A stretch of DNA of 64,000 nt from Kofleriaceae bacterium. Its GTDB lineage: Bacteria > Myxococcota_A > Polyangia > Haliangiales > Haliangiaceae. Numbering within the stretch: position 1 is the first letter of the stretch; each line of letters opens with the position of its first letter. Below, one piece after another: positions 1 through 9,211 of this stretch. The DNA lies in NCBI GenBank assembly GCA_035489015.1, contig DATHKR010000235.1:17029-81028 (forward strand). Reading direction: 5' to 3'. The notes under the pieces are model-generated. The model did not search any database. It saw nothing but the letters and a program-made list of their open reading frames with translations, and was not told where the DNA came from. Both the position numbers and the translations under genes were made by a program.

Positions 1-2389
1 CGCCGCCGGTCAGCTGGGCGACGATGTCGGCCTGGGCCGCCGCGCGCACCGCGTCGTAGATCGATCGCTCGCGGGTGTCGAGCTCGACCGGCAGCACGCT
101 CTCGGTGCGCGGCGGCAGCTCGGGCGCCACCTCGCGCTTGAGGCGGCGGAGCACGAACGGGCGGATGATGTCGCGCAGGTGAGCCGCGGCGTCGGTCCGG
201 CCGGCGGCGATCGGCCCGGCCACCCGGCGCTGGAAGTCGGCGCGCGCGCCGAGCAGGCCGGGGTTGGCGAAGTGGCAAACGCTCCACAGCTCGTCGAGGC
301 GGTTCTCGACCGGCGTGCCGGTCAGCGCGGCGCGGAAGTGGGCGCGCAGGGCAAAGGCGGCCTGGGCCGACTGGCTGTCCGGGTTCTTGATCGCCTGGGC
401 CTCGTCGAGGATCGCCGCGCGCCAGGTCTCCTCGGCCAGCTGATCGCGGTCGCTGCGCAGGAGCGCGTAGCTGGTGACGACCACGTCGGCCGACGGATCG
501 AGCGCGCGGCGCGGGCCGTGATACAGGCAGACCGAGAGGTCGGGGCGGAAGCGGGCCAGCTCGGCCGCCCAGTTGTGGATCACGCTGGTCGGGCAGACGA
601 TGATCGTCCGCCCGTCGAGCGCGGCCAGCGCCTGCACCGTCTTGCCCAGGCCCATGTCGTCGGCCAGCACCGCGCCGAGCCCGGCCTCGCGCAGGAAGCA
701 CAGCCAGTCGACGCCGACGCGCTGGTAGGGGCGCAGCTCCGCGGTGAGGCCGGGCGGCAGCGCCGCCGCCGGGATGCGGCCGTCCTCATCGAACAGCGCC
801 GACAGCCGGCCGGCCGCGGCCGGGCGAGGCACCCCGAGCGCGTCGCACAGCGAGGCGAGCGCGGGCAGCGCCACCGCGCTGACCCTGCCACCCTCGCCGC
901 GCGCGGCCAGCAGCGACAGGACCCGCTGGCCGTGCCGGGCCAGGAAATCGGCCGGCAGCGGCGCCCACCCGCCTCCCTCGAGCGGCAGCAGATCGAGCCC
1001 GCTCTGCCACGCCGCCAGCACCGCCGCGCCGGACGCGCGCCGCACCTCGCCGCCGACCGGCTCCGAGGTCTCGAACCAGAGATCGAGCTCGGCGCCGACC
1101 GCGCTGGCCGCGCCGCCCGGACCCGCCGCGCCGCCCGCGCCGCCCGCGCCGCCCGCGCTGTCGACGTCGCGCACGAGCAGGTGGGGGATCAGCTCGACCT
1201 CGTGGAGCGCGTCGGTCAGCTTCGCGGGATCGTCGCCGCGCTGGAACGCGCGCACCCGCTCGACCAGCGCGCGCGCCTCGCTGCCGGTCGCGGTCACCCG
1301 CAGGCCGGGCACCATGTTCAGCCGGTCGCGCAGCGCGTTCACCAGCTCGAGCTCGGCCCGCCGATCGCGCACCGGCGCGGGCGGGCGGATCTGGATCATC
1401 CGGTCGCCGTCGATGCGAGCCAGCGCCGGATCGCCGTACACCAGGGTGGCCAGCACCGACAGCCGGTCGCCGTCGCCGGTGACCTCGAGGTGGATGCGCG
1501 GGCGCGCCTCGCGGGTGGCGCGCGGCAGGCGACGGCTGCGCACCTCGATCGCGATGTCGCGGCGCAGGGCCGGCAGCATCTGGGTGACCAGCTCGCCCAG
1601 CTCGGGCGGCGCGTAGTCGCGCACCAGCGGGAGCAGCTCCCACCGCTCGCCGGCCACCTCGGCGTGTCCGAGCGGGTGGAGGACGCCGTGCACCAGCGCG
1701 ATCCGCTCGCCGACGATCTCCTCGACCTGCGGGTCGGCCACCACCGCCAGGCGCACCCCCTCGCCGTGGTCGGTCAGCGAGCCGCGCGGCAGGACCGGAT
1801 CGCCCGACACCGCCACCGGGTTTCCGTCGAGGGTGACCCGCTCGCAGCCGGCCAGCGCCGCCAGCAGCGAGGGGACCAGGGCGCCGGTGATCGGCGTGCG
1901 CCCGCGGTTCTGGCCGACCAGGCGGTCGACCTCGAGATCGGCCTGGGTCGGGCGGAGATCGCCGCTCGGGTCGCGCGCGCGGCCGGACGCGATCGAGAAC
2001 AGCGACGTGACCAGCTCGATCTCGGTCCCGCCCGGGGCCAGCACCGCGCGGCGCAGGGTGAGCCGCCCGCTGGCGCGCTCCAGCCGGTAGACGACCTCGG
2101 TGGCGGAGCCCGGCTCGAGCTGGGCCTGGCTCAGCGCGATGACCGCGGCGGCGACGTGCTCGCACGCGTCGAACCGCGCGCCGCAGTCGCAGTCCCACTC
2201 GCCGTCGGCCGGGTAAAGGATGACGGTCCGCGCGATGGCGGCGCGGGGCGCGGCCACCCGCAGGACCAGCTCGTCGGCGCCGCCGCGCTCGCGGGTCACC
2301 GCTCGATCGCGGGCCAGCGAGATGCCCTTGGACCACAGGCCGCGCGGGCACGCCTCGCGCACCGCTTCGAGCAGGCGTTCGTCAGCCAC
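1..2389 (-). CDS. SNF2-family helicase with N-terminal SWIM zinc finger (C-terminal part lies beyond window start)
   Basis: Absent from the ORF track because it has no stop inside the window. Hand translation of the minus strand from GTG at 2389 gives [22 protein letters not shown]...[28 protein letters not shown] (SWIM CxC...CxH). About nt 740-600 gives [41 protein letters not shown] (SNF2 motif I). About nt 415-365 gives [15 protein letters not shown] (motif II). All pieces share one frame, and no listed minus ORF terminates in that frame. Confidence 0.85.
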   Translation of the reverse strand, partial: MADERLLEAVREACPRGLWSKGISLARDRAVTRERGGADELVLRVAAPRAAIARTVILYPADGEWDCDCGARFDACEHVAAAVIALSQAQLEPGSATEVVYRLERASGRLTLRRAVLAPGGTEIELVTSLFSIASGRARDPSGDLRPTQADLEVDRLVGQNRGRTPITGALVPSLLAALAGCERVTLDGNPVAVSGDPVLPRGSLTDHGEGVRLAVVADPQVEEIVGERIALVHGVLHPLGHAEVAGERWELLPLVRDYAPPELGELVTQMLPALRRDIAIEVRSRRLPRATREARPRIHLEVTGDGDRLSVLATLVYGDPALARIDGDRMIQIRPPAPVRDRRAELELVNALRDRLNMVPGLRVTATGSEARALVERVRAFQRGDDPAKLTDALHEVELIPHLLVRDVDSAGGAGGAGGAAGPGGAASAVGAELDLWFETSEPVGGEVRRASGAAVLAAWQSGLDLLPLEGGGWAPLPADFLARHGQRVLSLLAARGEGGRVSAVALPALASLCDALGVPRPAAAGRLSALFDEDGRIPAAALPPGLTAELRPYQRVGVDWLCFLREAGLGAVLADDMGLGKTVQALAALDGRTIIVCPTSVIHNWAAELARFRPDLSVCLYHGPRRALDPSADVVVTSYALLRSDRDQLAEETWRAAILDEAQAIKNPDSQSAQAAFALRAHFRAALTGTPVENRLDELWSVCHFANPGLLGARADFQRRVAGPIAAGRTDAAAHLRDIIRPFVLRRLKREVAPELPPRTESVLPVELDTRERSIYDAVRAAAQADIVAQLTGG

Positions 2390-2441
2390 GACCGGAGTGC
2401 TACACTGCCCGGCCGGCCGTGTCCATTCGCGGGTGTCGGGC

Positions 2442-3803
2442 TCAGGCGCGCGGCCGCCGCGGCCGACGGCGACGCAGGACCACCACCGCGCAGCCGGCGG
2501 CGAGGAGGAGGGTCCCGGCGGTCGAGCCCGGCGTGCCGGTGGTCCGGCATCCGCACAGGTCGAGGTCCGAGTCCGCCCCGCCGGGGCACTCCGACGACGG
2601 GATACGCACCTCCTTGATCACGGTGTACGTCCGCTGGAGCGGCGTGTCGGCGGCGGCGCGGTACGCCACCGGATCCTCATCGGCCGGGCGGGACAGATCG
2701 GCGTCGAGGACATTCGCGGTCAGGAACGCGCCGTCCCGCGTCCACCCGGCGTACGCCACCGACGCATCCGGCAGCTGGTAGCGCCCCTCGGCCGCGTAGT
2801 AGACCTTGAGCAGCGCGCGCGCGCCGACCGGCTGGCGGGCGACGCCGAGCGGCAGGCGCATGTCGGTCCCCTCGAAGGTGAACGAGAGCGGCTCGAGGCC
2901 GCTGGTGTCGAGCGCCGCCTCCGAGGTGACTCGCACGGCGCTGACCGTCCAGCCGAGCTCGAGGTAAGGGCGCAGCGCGTCGATGTCGGATGGCTGGTGG
3001 GCGTAGCCGGCCCCGTCGAGCCACACGGCCAGCTCGTCGGCGTCGGTCGCGCTGAGGACCACCACCTGGTAGCTGCCGACCGTCGTCACCCGCACGTAGT
3101 CGTCGATGGTGCCGGCGTCGGCGGCCACGCCACCGGACGGATCCGGCACCGACCAGCCGTCGCCGGACGTGTCGACCGAGGCGCAGCCGGCGCCGCCGCC
3201 GGCGCCGCCGAACTTGGGATCGTTGCACTGGTAGCCGAGCGACTCGTCCTCGATGGTGCGCTCCTCGACGTTCGCGAGCGGCGCGGTGGCGCGGGCCAGG
3301 TCCTCGAAGGTGGAGGCCGGCGCGGTCTCGATCAGCGGAGCTCGCGGGGTGACCAGGAGCAGCGCGAAGCGGGCGCCGTCGGGACCGGTCGAGAAGCGCG
3401 GCTGGACCACCCATGTGACGGTGTCGCCGAGGCGCGACTGGCAGGCGCCGCCGTCGGCCGGGCCGGCGTCGCCGATGCCCGCGTCGCCGATGCCCGCGTC
3501 GCCGGTGCTGGCGTCGCCGGTGCCCGCGTCGCCGGTGCTCGCGTCGCCGGTGCTCGCGTCGTCGAAGACCGGCCCGCCGCCGTCGCCCGGGGCCGCGTCG
3601 CGCGTCGGGGTCGGGCCGCCGTCGGCCGGGGGGCCGCATCCGACCGCGACGCCGGAGCGCTTGATGACCAGGATCTCCTGGTCGGCCTGGATGGCTGGCG
3701 GCGGGCTGCCGATCTCGGTCACCTCGCGGCAGATCGCGCCGGCGTCGCGGGACGCCAGCGTCAGGGGGGCGAAGGCGAGGATCCACCAGGGGGCGCGCGG
3801 CAT
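2442..3803 (-). CDS. Secreted DUF2330-like surface protein with MYXO-CTERM-type sorting tail
   Basis: Track ORF 2442..3803. N-terminal signal peptide (WWILAFAPLTLA). DUF2330-like blocks (RFALLLVTPRAP...FEDLARATAP; LAVWLDGAGYAHQP...YLELGWTVSAVRV; DMRLPLGVA). The C-terminus is CGC, then a hydrophobic helix (LLLAAGCAVVVL), then RRRRPRRPR. An internal (GDAxx)n repeat is present. Confidence 0.8.
   Translation of the reverse strand: MPRAPWWILAFAPLTLASRDAGAICREVTEIGSPPPAIQADQEILVIKRSGVAVGCGPPADGGPTPTRDAAPGDGGGPVFDDASTGDASTGDAGTGDASTGDAGIGDAGIGDAGPADGGACQSRLGDTVTWVVQPRFSTGPDGARFALLLVTPRAPLIETAPASTFEDLARATAPLANVEERTIEDESLGYQCNDPKFGGAGGGAGCASVDTSGDGWSVPDPSGGVAADAGTIDDYVRVTTVGSYQVVVLSATDADELAVWLDGAGYAHQPSDIDALRPYLELGWTVSAVRVTSEAALDTSGLEPLSFTFEGTDMRLPLGVARQPVGARALLKVYYAAEGRYQLPDASVAYAGWTRDGAFLTANVLDADLSRPADEDPVAYRAAADTPLQRTYTVIKEVRIPSSECPGGADSDLDLCGCRTTGTPGSTAGTLLLAAGCAVVVLRRRRPRRPRA
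3466..3562 (-). repeat. 15-bp in-frame tandem repeat, about 6.5 copies (GCGTCGCCGRTGCYS)
   Basis: Units at 3466, 3481, 3496, 3511, 3526 and 3541, plus a partial unit. Encodes DASTGDASTGDAGTGDASTGDAGIGDAGIGDAG within the DUF2330-like protein. The frame was checked against the CDS. Confidence 0.9.
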
Positions 3804-3974
3804 GCGGGACCCCTCCGCACGACCCGTGCCACCAGAGGGTCGACCGCGTCCCGGCGACTTGTCGCGTGGGCGACCCGGCCGGCGCGCGCGATTCCGGACG
3901 CCGGTGTCAGGATCCGGGCGGGGCTGGGGAGGCGGCGGGCCTCGCGGGCCTCGCGGGCCTCGCGGGGCCCGGGC

Positions 3975-5747
3975 TCACGGACAGCGCGGCACCGGCGGCA
4001 CCAGCAGCAGCAGCTCCAGGCGGGTGAAGACCGGGCCCGAGCGGGCCTGCTCGATCACCGCCGAGCGCGCCACCGCATACGCCGACTCGCATCCCTGCGC
4101 GTCGATGAGCGGGGGGAGCTCGCCCAGCTGCCCGCTCTTCATCCAGGGGCCGAGCGGGCCGAGTCGCGTGCTGACCCAGCGAGCGCCGTCGCGCGAGACG
4201 ACCAGCTCGTCGGCCGATGCCGACAGGGTCAGCGTCCCGATGTCCGCCGGGTGGCCGGTGCTGCTCAGGTCGAGGTCGATCACCTGGTAGCCGGCGGCGT
4301 GCGGGCCGGACGGTGCGGCCAGGTAGACCGACGCGCGCTGCTCTGGCGGGGGCGACCCGACCGAGCGGACGCCCAGGTGGTGCAGGCAGCTGGCTCCGTC
4401 CCAGCGCCACCGGCAGGCGGAGAGGTCGCCGTCCAGCACCTCGGCCAGGGCCGGCAGGCCGCCGATGTCGACCAGCTCGCCGATCCGGCCGGCCAGCTCG
4501 TCGAACGCCGCCTCGTCGATGGCGACCGTCTCGTCAGGCTGCTCGGCCCGGACCAGGCGCTCCGACACGCCGGCCTGGTCGAGCCCTCGCTCGAGCCGGG
4601 CGGACTGCGAGCGGATCGACAGAGACACCACGGAGAGCGGCCCGACCGCGGCGATGATCGCGGCGGCGGCGGTCATCGCCGGCACCTCCCAGGTCAGCGG
4701 GCGGCGGCGGCGAGTCCAGCGCAGGGTGCCCCACAGGGCGAGCAGGCCGAGGCAGCCGAGCGCGTACATCCGGCCGGCGCGCGGCGGGGTCAGGCCGTGC
4801 TGGTCGATCCGCACCCACAGCGCCCACGCCGCGAGCGGCAAGAGCGCGAGCAGCACCGCGGTGAACCCGCGCGACACCCGCACCGACGCGGCCGCGGTCC
4901 ACGGGTGAGGGTCGGCCGGCGACAGCACCCGCTCCTCGCGCACCGCGACCAGCGACTCGATGACCAGGGTCGAGGCGAAGCCGATCGCGCCGGCCGCGAT
5001 GATGAGCGGCGAGACCAGGTTGACCGGCAGCTCGCCGAGCGCGAGCACCCACAGCTCGTACACGGCCAGGATGGCCAGCATGGCGACCAGGAACGGCGCC
5101 GCCACCCGGGCGATGAGCCGGCGCCACACCTCCGGGACCCGGCCGGGCGCGCCGCTGGCGACCAGGCGGCCGAGGTAGGCGATGGCGCACAGGCCCGCGA
5201 TGAGCGCGCCGAGGTCCATGCCGAAGCGCTCGAGCCGCAGGCGGAACAGCGTCTGCACCGACATGACCAGCACCGCGGCGGCCGCGATCGCCAGGCCGCC
5301 GAGCAGCCCCGACGAGGTGGTCTCCTCGGTGAAGCGCCGCACGAAGTCGGCGAAGCGGACCAGGCGCTCGCCGCGCGGCGACCCGGCCGCCACCGCGACG
5401 AACGGCAGCATGGTGGCGGCGAGCAGCGACAGCCCGAACCGCCAGGCGTACGCCTCGTCGAGGTCGGCGCCGCTCATCGCGATCGCGGTCGCGGCGACCG
5501 CGCCGGCGCCGGCCAGGACCAGGGCGGGCCGGGCCAGGATCCGGCGCGAGCGGCGCAGCAGGGTGGCGGCGAACAGGAGCGGCACGGCCAGGATCGCCGC
5601 GAACAGCACCCGGCCGACCATCTCGTTCTGCGGCGACGCCACCTGACACCAGATCGCGACCACGGCGACTGCGATCGCGCTGCTCTCGAGCGGGAGCGCG
5701 GCAAAGGCTGCGCGGACGTGGTGGCGAATGCGGGGCGTCCAGGCCAT
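3975..5747 (-). CDS. Polytopic membrane protein (DUF4153-like) with soluble C-terminal domain
   Basis: 3' part of track ORF 3975..7640. The upstream part of that ORF is out-of-frame read-through across the amidohydrolase gene. First plausible start is ATG 5747 (MAWTPRIRHHVRAAF...). Roughly 9-10 hydrophobic helices are followed by a ~220-aa non-hydrophobic domain. The family name is from memory. Confidence 0.7.
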   Translation of the reverse strand: MAWTPRIRHHVRAAFAALPLESSAIAVAVVAIWCQVASPQNEMVGRVLFAAILAVPLLFAATLLRRSRRILARPALVLAGAGAVAATAIAMSGADLDEAYAWRFGLSLLAATMLPFVAVAAGSPRGERLVRFADFVRRFTEETTSSGLLGGLAIAAAAVLVMSVQTLFRLRLERFGMDLGALIAGLCAIAYLGRLVASGAPGRVPEVWRRLIARVAAPFLVAMLAILAVYELWVLALGELPVNLVSPLIIAAGAIGFASTLVIESLVAVREERVLSPADPHPWTAAASVRVSRGFTAVLLALLPLAAWALWVRIDQHGLTPPRAGRMYALGCLGLLALWGTLRWTRRRRPLTWEVPAMTAAAAIIAAVGPLSVVSLSIRSQSARLERGLDQAGVSERLVRAEQPDETVAIDEAAFDELAGRIGELVDIGGLPALAEVLDGDLSACRWRWDGASCLHHLGVRSVGSPPPEQRASVYLAAPSGPHAAGYQVIDLDLSSTGHPADIGTLTLSASADELVVSRDGARWVSTRLGPLGPWMKSGQLGELPPLIDAQGCESAYAVARSAVIEQARSGPVFTRLELLLLVPPVPRCP

Positions 5748-5891
5748 TTCCGCTCCAACGCGGGGCCCGGGGGGCGTATTCCGGCGAGCCGAGCTCCGAC
5801 CCGCGGTCGCCGGCGGGTGACCCCCCGGCGGCTGCCCGCCGCGCGGCCCCTGCGCTATCGTCGATCCATCTCCGTCGAGTCGCGAACCACC

Positions 5892-6497
5892 ATGGTGCTG
5901 CGCATCCTCTGGCACCTCGATCGCCACCCGATCGCGCGCTTCCCGGTCGGCCGCGGCGGCGCCGTCGCGGGGGTGGTCGCCGACGGGACTCGCTCCTCGC
6001 CCGCGCTGCGCGGCCCGCTGACCGGCCGGCCGTGCGCCGCGTACCAGCTCCTCATCTGGGCGATGATGGGCCCGACCCCGGTCGATACCCCGGTCGTGTT
6101 CGAGAACTGCTGCGCCCCGTTCGAGATCGACGACGGATCCGGCCTGGTCCGGGTCGCGCCGCGCGCCGCCGAGCTGGCGCTGTCCTACCGGCGCATCGCC
6201 AGCGGCACCCCCGGCGTCGATCTCCCCTCGGACCTCATCCCGGCGCTGACCCGGAGCGGCTTCGCCGGGCCGTGGGGCCGCTACGGCTTCGAGGAGCGCA
6301 GCCTCCTGCCCGGCGACTGGGTCGTGGTGTGCGGCACCGGCGCCCTCGAGCCGGATCCGCGGGCGCCAGGCGACCCCGGCTACCGCGAGGGAGCGCCCAG
6401 CCGCCTGGTGCTCGGCGCGTCGCCGGCGTTCCCGCTGGCCATCAGCAACGATGCGTCGCTGCGGGTCCAGCCCCGCCAGACCGTCCGGCTGGTCTGA
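5892..6497 (+). CDS. Hypothetical protein (weak GIDE / E3-ligase-like beta domain resemblance)
   Basis: 3' part of artefactual track ORF 2220..6497. In-frame ATG at 5892 (MVLRILWHLDRHPIARFPVG...). The composition is protein-like, unlike the Arg/Gly-rich upstream part. The pattern GxVxGxV...PLTGRPCAAY...FEIDDGSG...ERSLLPGDWVVVCG resembles GIDE-type domains. Function unknown. Confidence 0.55.
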   Translation: MVLRILWHLDRHPIARFPVGRGGAVAGVVADGTRSSPALRGPLTGRPCAAYQLLIWAMMGPTPVDTPVVFENCCAPFEIDDGSGLVRVAPRAAELALSYRRIASGTPGVDLPSDLIPALTRSGFAGPWGRYGFEERSLLPGDWVVVCGTGALEPDPRAPGDPGYREGAPSRLVLGASPAFPLAISNDASLRVQPRQTVRLV

Positions 6498-6514
6498 GAT
6501 GACAGCCGGCCGCT

Positions 6515-7849
6515 CTACCGCTGCATCCGGGCAAACACCCGCCCGGCCCGCTCGCGCGCCTCGGCCACGATCGCCGCGCGGTCGGCGGTCAACAGGCGCC
6601 GGTCGCGCACCACCACCCGGCCGTCGACCACCACGTTGACCACGTCGGTCGACCGGCACGCATACACCACCGCCGCGTACGGGTCCGCGGTTGGCACCAC
6701 GTGCGCGCCGCCCAGCTCGACCGCGATGACGTCGGCCCGCTTGCCGACCTCGAGCGAGCCGATCTCCGCCTCCAGCCCGAGCGCGGCCGCGCCGCCCATG
6801 GTCGCCATCCGCACCACCTCGGACGCCGGCATCGCGCGCGGGCCGCAGCGCGGCTTGTGCACCAGCGCGGCCAGCCGCATCTCGAGGAAGCCGTCGAGGT
6901 TGTTGTTGCATGGCGCGCCGTCGGCGCCGAGGCTGACCGCGACCCCCTCGGCCATGAGCTCCGGCACCGGCGCGATGCCGGAGCCGAGCTTCAGGTTCGA
7001 CGACGGGCAGTGGAGCAGGTGAGTGCCGGTCTCGCGCAGGACCCCGCGCTCGGCGTCGGTCAGCCACACGCAGTGGGCCAGGCCGACGTCGCGACCGCTC
7101 AGCCCGAGCCGGTGCAGGTGGACCACGTTGTCCGCGCCGCGCAGCCGCACCACCTCGGCCACCTCGCGCCGGTTCTCGCTGGCGTGGGTGTGGATCCGCA
7201 CCCCGGCGGCGCGCGCGGCGCGCGCGGTCTCGCGCAGCAGATCGTCGGTGCAGGACAGGACGAACCGCGGCGCGTAGGCGTAGCGCAGCCGGCCGCCGTC
7301 GCGCCCGTGCCAGTCGCGGACCAGCCGGGCCGACTCGGCCAGCGAATCGGCGGTGGTCTCGCGCAGGCCGGCCGGACAGCCGGGGTCGTCCATCATCGCC
7401 TTGCCGATGGTCGCGCGCAGGCCGGTGTCGCGCGCCGCCTCGAACAGCGCGTCGGTGTGGCGCACCGTGCCCATGTCGAGGACAGCGGTGGTGCCGCCGG
7501 TCAGGAGCTCGAGGCAGGCCAGCCGGGCCGACGCGGCCACGTCGCCGCGGTCGAGCGCCGCCTCGTACGGCCACACCACCGCGCCGAGCCAGTCGAGCAG
7601 CTCGAGGTTCTCGGCCCGTCCTCGGGCCAGGGTCTGGCACATGTGCACGTGCGACTGGACCAGCCCGGGCATGACCACGCAGCCGGTCGCGTCGAGGATC
7701 TGGTAGTCGTCGGTCTGCGGCGTGTACGAGCCGCCGACCTGGACCAGGACGCCGTCGCGGCAGGCCACGTCCCCGTGCGAGACGCTCGATCCGGCGTCGA
7801 TGGTGAGGATCGTGCCCCCACGCAGGATGACCTCGCCCATGACCGGCAC
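6515..7849 (-). CDS. Amidohydrolase-superfamily nucleobase/nucleoside deaminase (MtaD / guanine-deaminase / chlorohydrolase-like)
   Basis: Track ORF 6515..7849. Motifs MPGLVQSHVHM (HxH metal site), IHTHASE, HCVWL, SLGADG. It is the last gene of the deo-type operon. An alternative ATG at 7840 is preceded by GAGG. Confidence 0.85.
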   Translation of the reverse strand: MPVMGEVILRGGTILTIDAGSSVSHGDVACRDGVLVQVGGSYTPQTDDYQILDATGCVVMPGLVQSHVHMCQTLARGRAENLELLDWLGAVVWPYEAALDRGDVAASARLACLELLTGGTTAVLDMGTVRHTDALFEAARDTGLRATIGKAMMDDPGCPAGLRETTADSLAESARLVRDWHGRDGGRLRYAYAPRFVLSCTDDLLRETARAARAAGVRIHTHASENRREVAEVVRLRGADNVVHLHRLGLSGRDVGLAHCVWLTDAERGVLRETGTHLLHCPSSNLKLGSGIAPVPELMAEGVAVSLGADGAPCNNNLDGFLEMRLAALVHKPRCGPRAMPASEVVRMATMGGAAALGLEAEIGSLEVGKRADVIAVELGGAHVVPTADPYAAVVYACRSTDVVNVVVDGRVVVRDRRLLTADRAAIVAEARERAGRVFARMQR

Positions 7850-7850
7850 C

Positions 7851-8300
7851 TCAGCCGCCCGCGCCGCTCGTGCCGCTCGTGCTACCGGGGCCGCCCGGGC
7901 GCGTGGTCAGCTGCTCGCGGCGAAACCCGTGCGGCAAGAGATCGACCAGGCTGAGCTCGCGCCGCTCGCCGGCCGGGTTGACCAGGATGATGCGCATCGC
8001 CGCCGGGTCGCCGGCGAACTCGCTCAGGGTCTGCAGGCACATCCCGCACGGCGCGGCCGGCGGCGAGCTGTCGGTTGCCACCACCACCGCGTCGAGCACC
8101 CGCGCCCCGGCGAACACCGCGCGCGCCACCGCGCTCCGCTCCGCGCACAGCGCCAGCCCGTACGACGAGTTCTCCACGTTGGCGCCCTCGTGCACGGCGC
8201 CGCCGGCCGACAGGGCGCAGCCGACCGGATAGCGCGAGTAGGGCGCGTAGGCCCGCTTCTGCGCCTCCAGCGCGCGGGCGACCAGGTCGTCCACCTTCAT
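7851..8300 (-). CDS. cdd: Cytidine deaminase
   Basis: 3' part of track ORF 7851..8447. ATG at 8300 (MKVDDLVARALEAQKRAYAPYSRYPVG...). CAERSA and PCGMCLQ zinc motifs. Its ATG overlaps the punA stop as ATGA (8297-8300). Confidence 0.9.
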   Translation of the reverse strand: MKVDDLVARALEAQKRAYAPYSRYPVGCALSAGGAVHEGANVENSSYGLALCAERSAVARAVFAGARVLDAVVVATDSSPPAAPCGMCLQTLSEFAGDPAAMRIILVNPAGERRELSLVDLLPHGFRREQLTTRPGGPGSTSGTSGAGG

Positions 8301-9211
8301 CGCGCGTCCCCCGCGCGGCCCAGCCGCTCCAGGATCCCGTCGAGCAGCGCCTCGAACTGGCCGCGCACGCGATCGGCCGTCTCGGTCACCTCCTCGTGCG
8401 ACAGCGGCGACCCTTCGCCCAGCCCGGCCGCCCAGTTGGTGATGCACGAGATCGCCAGCACGCTCGCGCCCATGTGCACCGCCGCGATCACCTCCGGCAC
8501 CGTCGACATCCCGGTCGAGTCGGCGCCCAGGATCCCGAGCATGCGCACCTCGGCGGGCGTCTCGTAGGCCGGCCCGCTCGAGCCGGCGTAGACGCCCTCG
8601 GCCAGCTCGACCCCGGCCGCGCGCGCCGCGTCGCGGGCCAGCTCGCGCAGCGCCTCCGGGTAGGCCCGGGTCATGTCCGGGAAGCGCGGCCCGACCCGGT
8701 CGTCGTTGACCCCGCGCAGCGGGTGATCCGGGAACAGGTTGATGTGGTCGCGGATCAGCATGAGCGTGCCGGGCCCGTGGCGCAGGCCGCCGGCCGCGTT
8801 GGTCACCACCAGGGTGCGCGCACCCAGCGCCACCAGCACGCGGGCCGGAAACGCCACCTGCGCCGCGGTGTGCCCCTCGTAGAAGTGGACGCGGCCCTGC
8901 AGCGCGGCGCAGGCGACGTCGCCGCGCTGGCCGATCACCAGCCGGCCGGCGTGGCCCGGCACGGTCGACGCCGCGAAGCCGGGGATCTCGGCGTACGGGA
9001 TCCTGGTCGCGTTCTCCAGCCGATCGGCGAACGAGCCCAGCCCGCTGCCCAGGATCAGCCCGACCGACGGCCGCACGCCCGGCGCGCGCTCGCGGATCAC
9101 CGCCACCGCGGCGGCCAGCGCGTCAGACAGCGGCGGCTCGCCGCCGGCCGGCGCGCCCGCGCCCCACATGCTCGACGGGTGCCTGCGCCGCCGCTCCTTG
9201 TCGCCGCTCAT
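8297..9211 (-). CDS. punA: Purine nucleoside phosphorylase (trimeric PNP/MTAP family)
   Basis: 3' part of track ORF 8297..10354. ATG at 9211. Motifs LILGSGLG, GRVHFYEGH, VTNAAGG, GPAYETPAE, STGMSTVPEV. ATGA overlap with the deoA stop (9208-9211). Confidence 0.9.
   Translation of the reverse strand: MSGDKERRRRHPSSMWGAGAPAGGEPPLSDALAAAVAVIRERAPGVRPSVGLILGSGLGSFADRLENATRIPYAEIPGFAASTVPGHAGRLVIGQRGDVACAALQGRVHFYEGHTAAQVAFPARVLVALGARTLVVTNAAGGLRHGPGTLMLIRDHINLFPDHPLRGVNDDRVGPRFPDMTRAYPEALRELARDAARAAGVELAEGVYAGSSGPAYETPAEVRMLGILGADSTGMSTVPEVIAAVHMGASVLAISCITNWAAGLGEGSPLSHEEVTETADRVRGQFEALLDGILERLGRAGDAR

Noticed and set aside
179-2617. An 812-aa plus-strand ORF, with overlapping ORFs 744..1616 and 786..2351, covering the first 2.6 kb.
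   Set aside because: The translations are Arg/Ala/Gly/Pro low-complexity with no motifs. A different minus-strand frame carries unambiguous SWIM and SNF2 motifs. These are GC-rich artefacts.
5748-7640. The N-terminal 630 aa of track ORF 3975..7640. I found similar 5' over-extensions of 8297..10354, 18952..20346, 30751..32730, 36040..37860, 50264..52888, 54715..56724 and 55233..58280.
   Set aside because: The upstream parts are Arg/Pro/Gly-rich read-through across neighbouring genes in another frame. Each real gene was trimmed to the first start codon that precedes protein-like sequence, a signal peptide or conserved N-terminal motifs.
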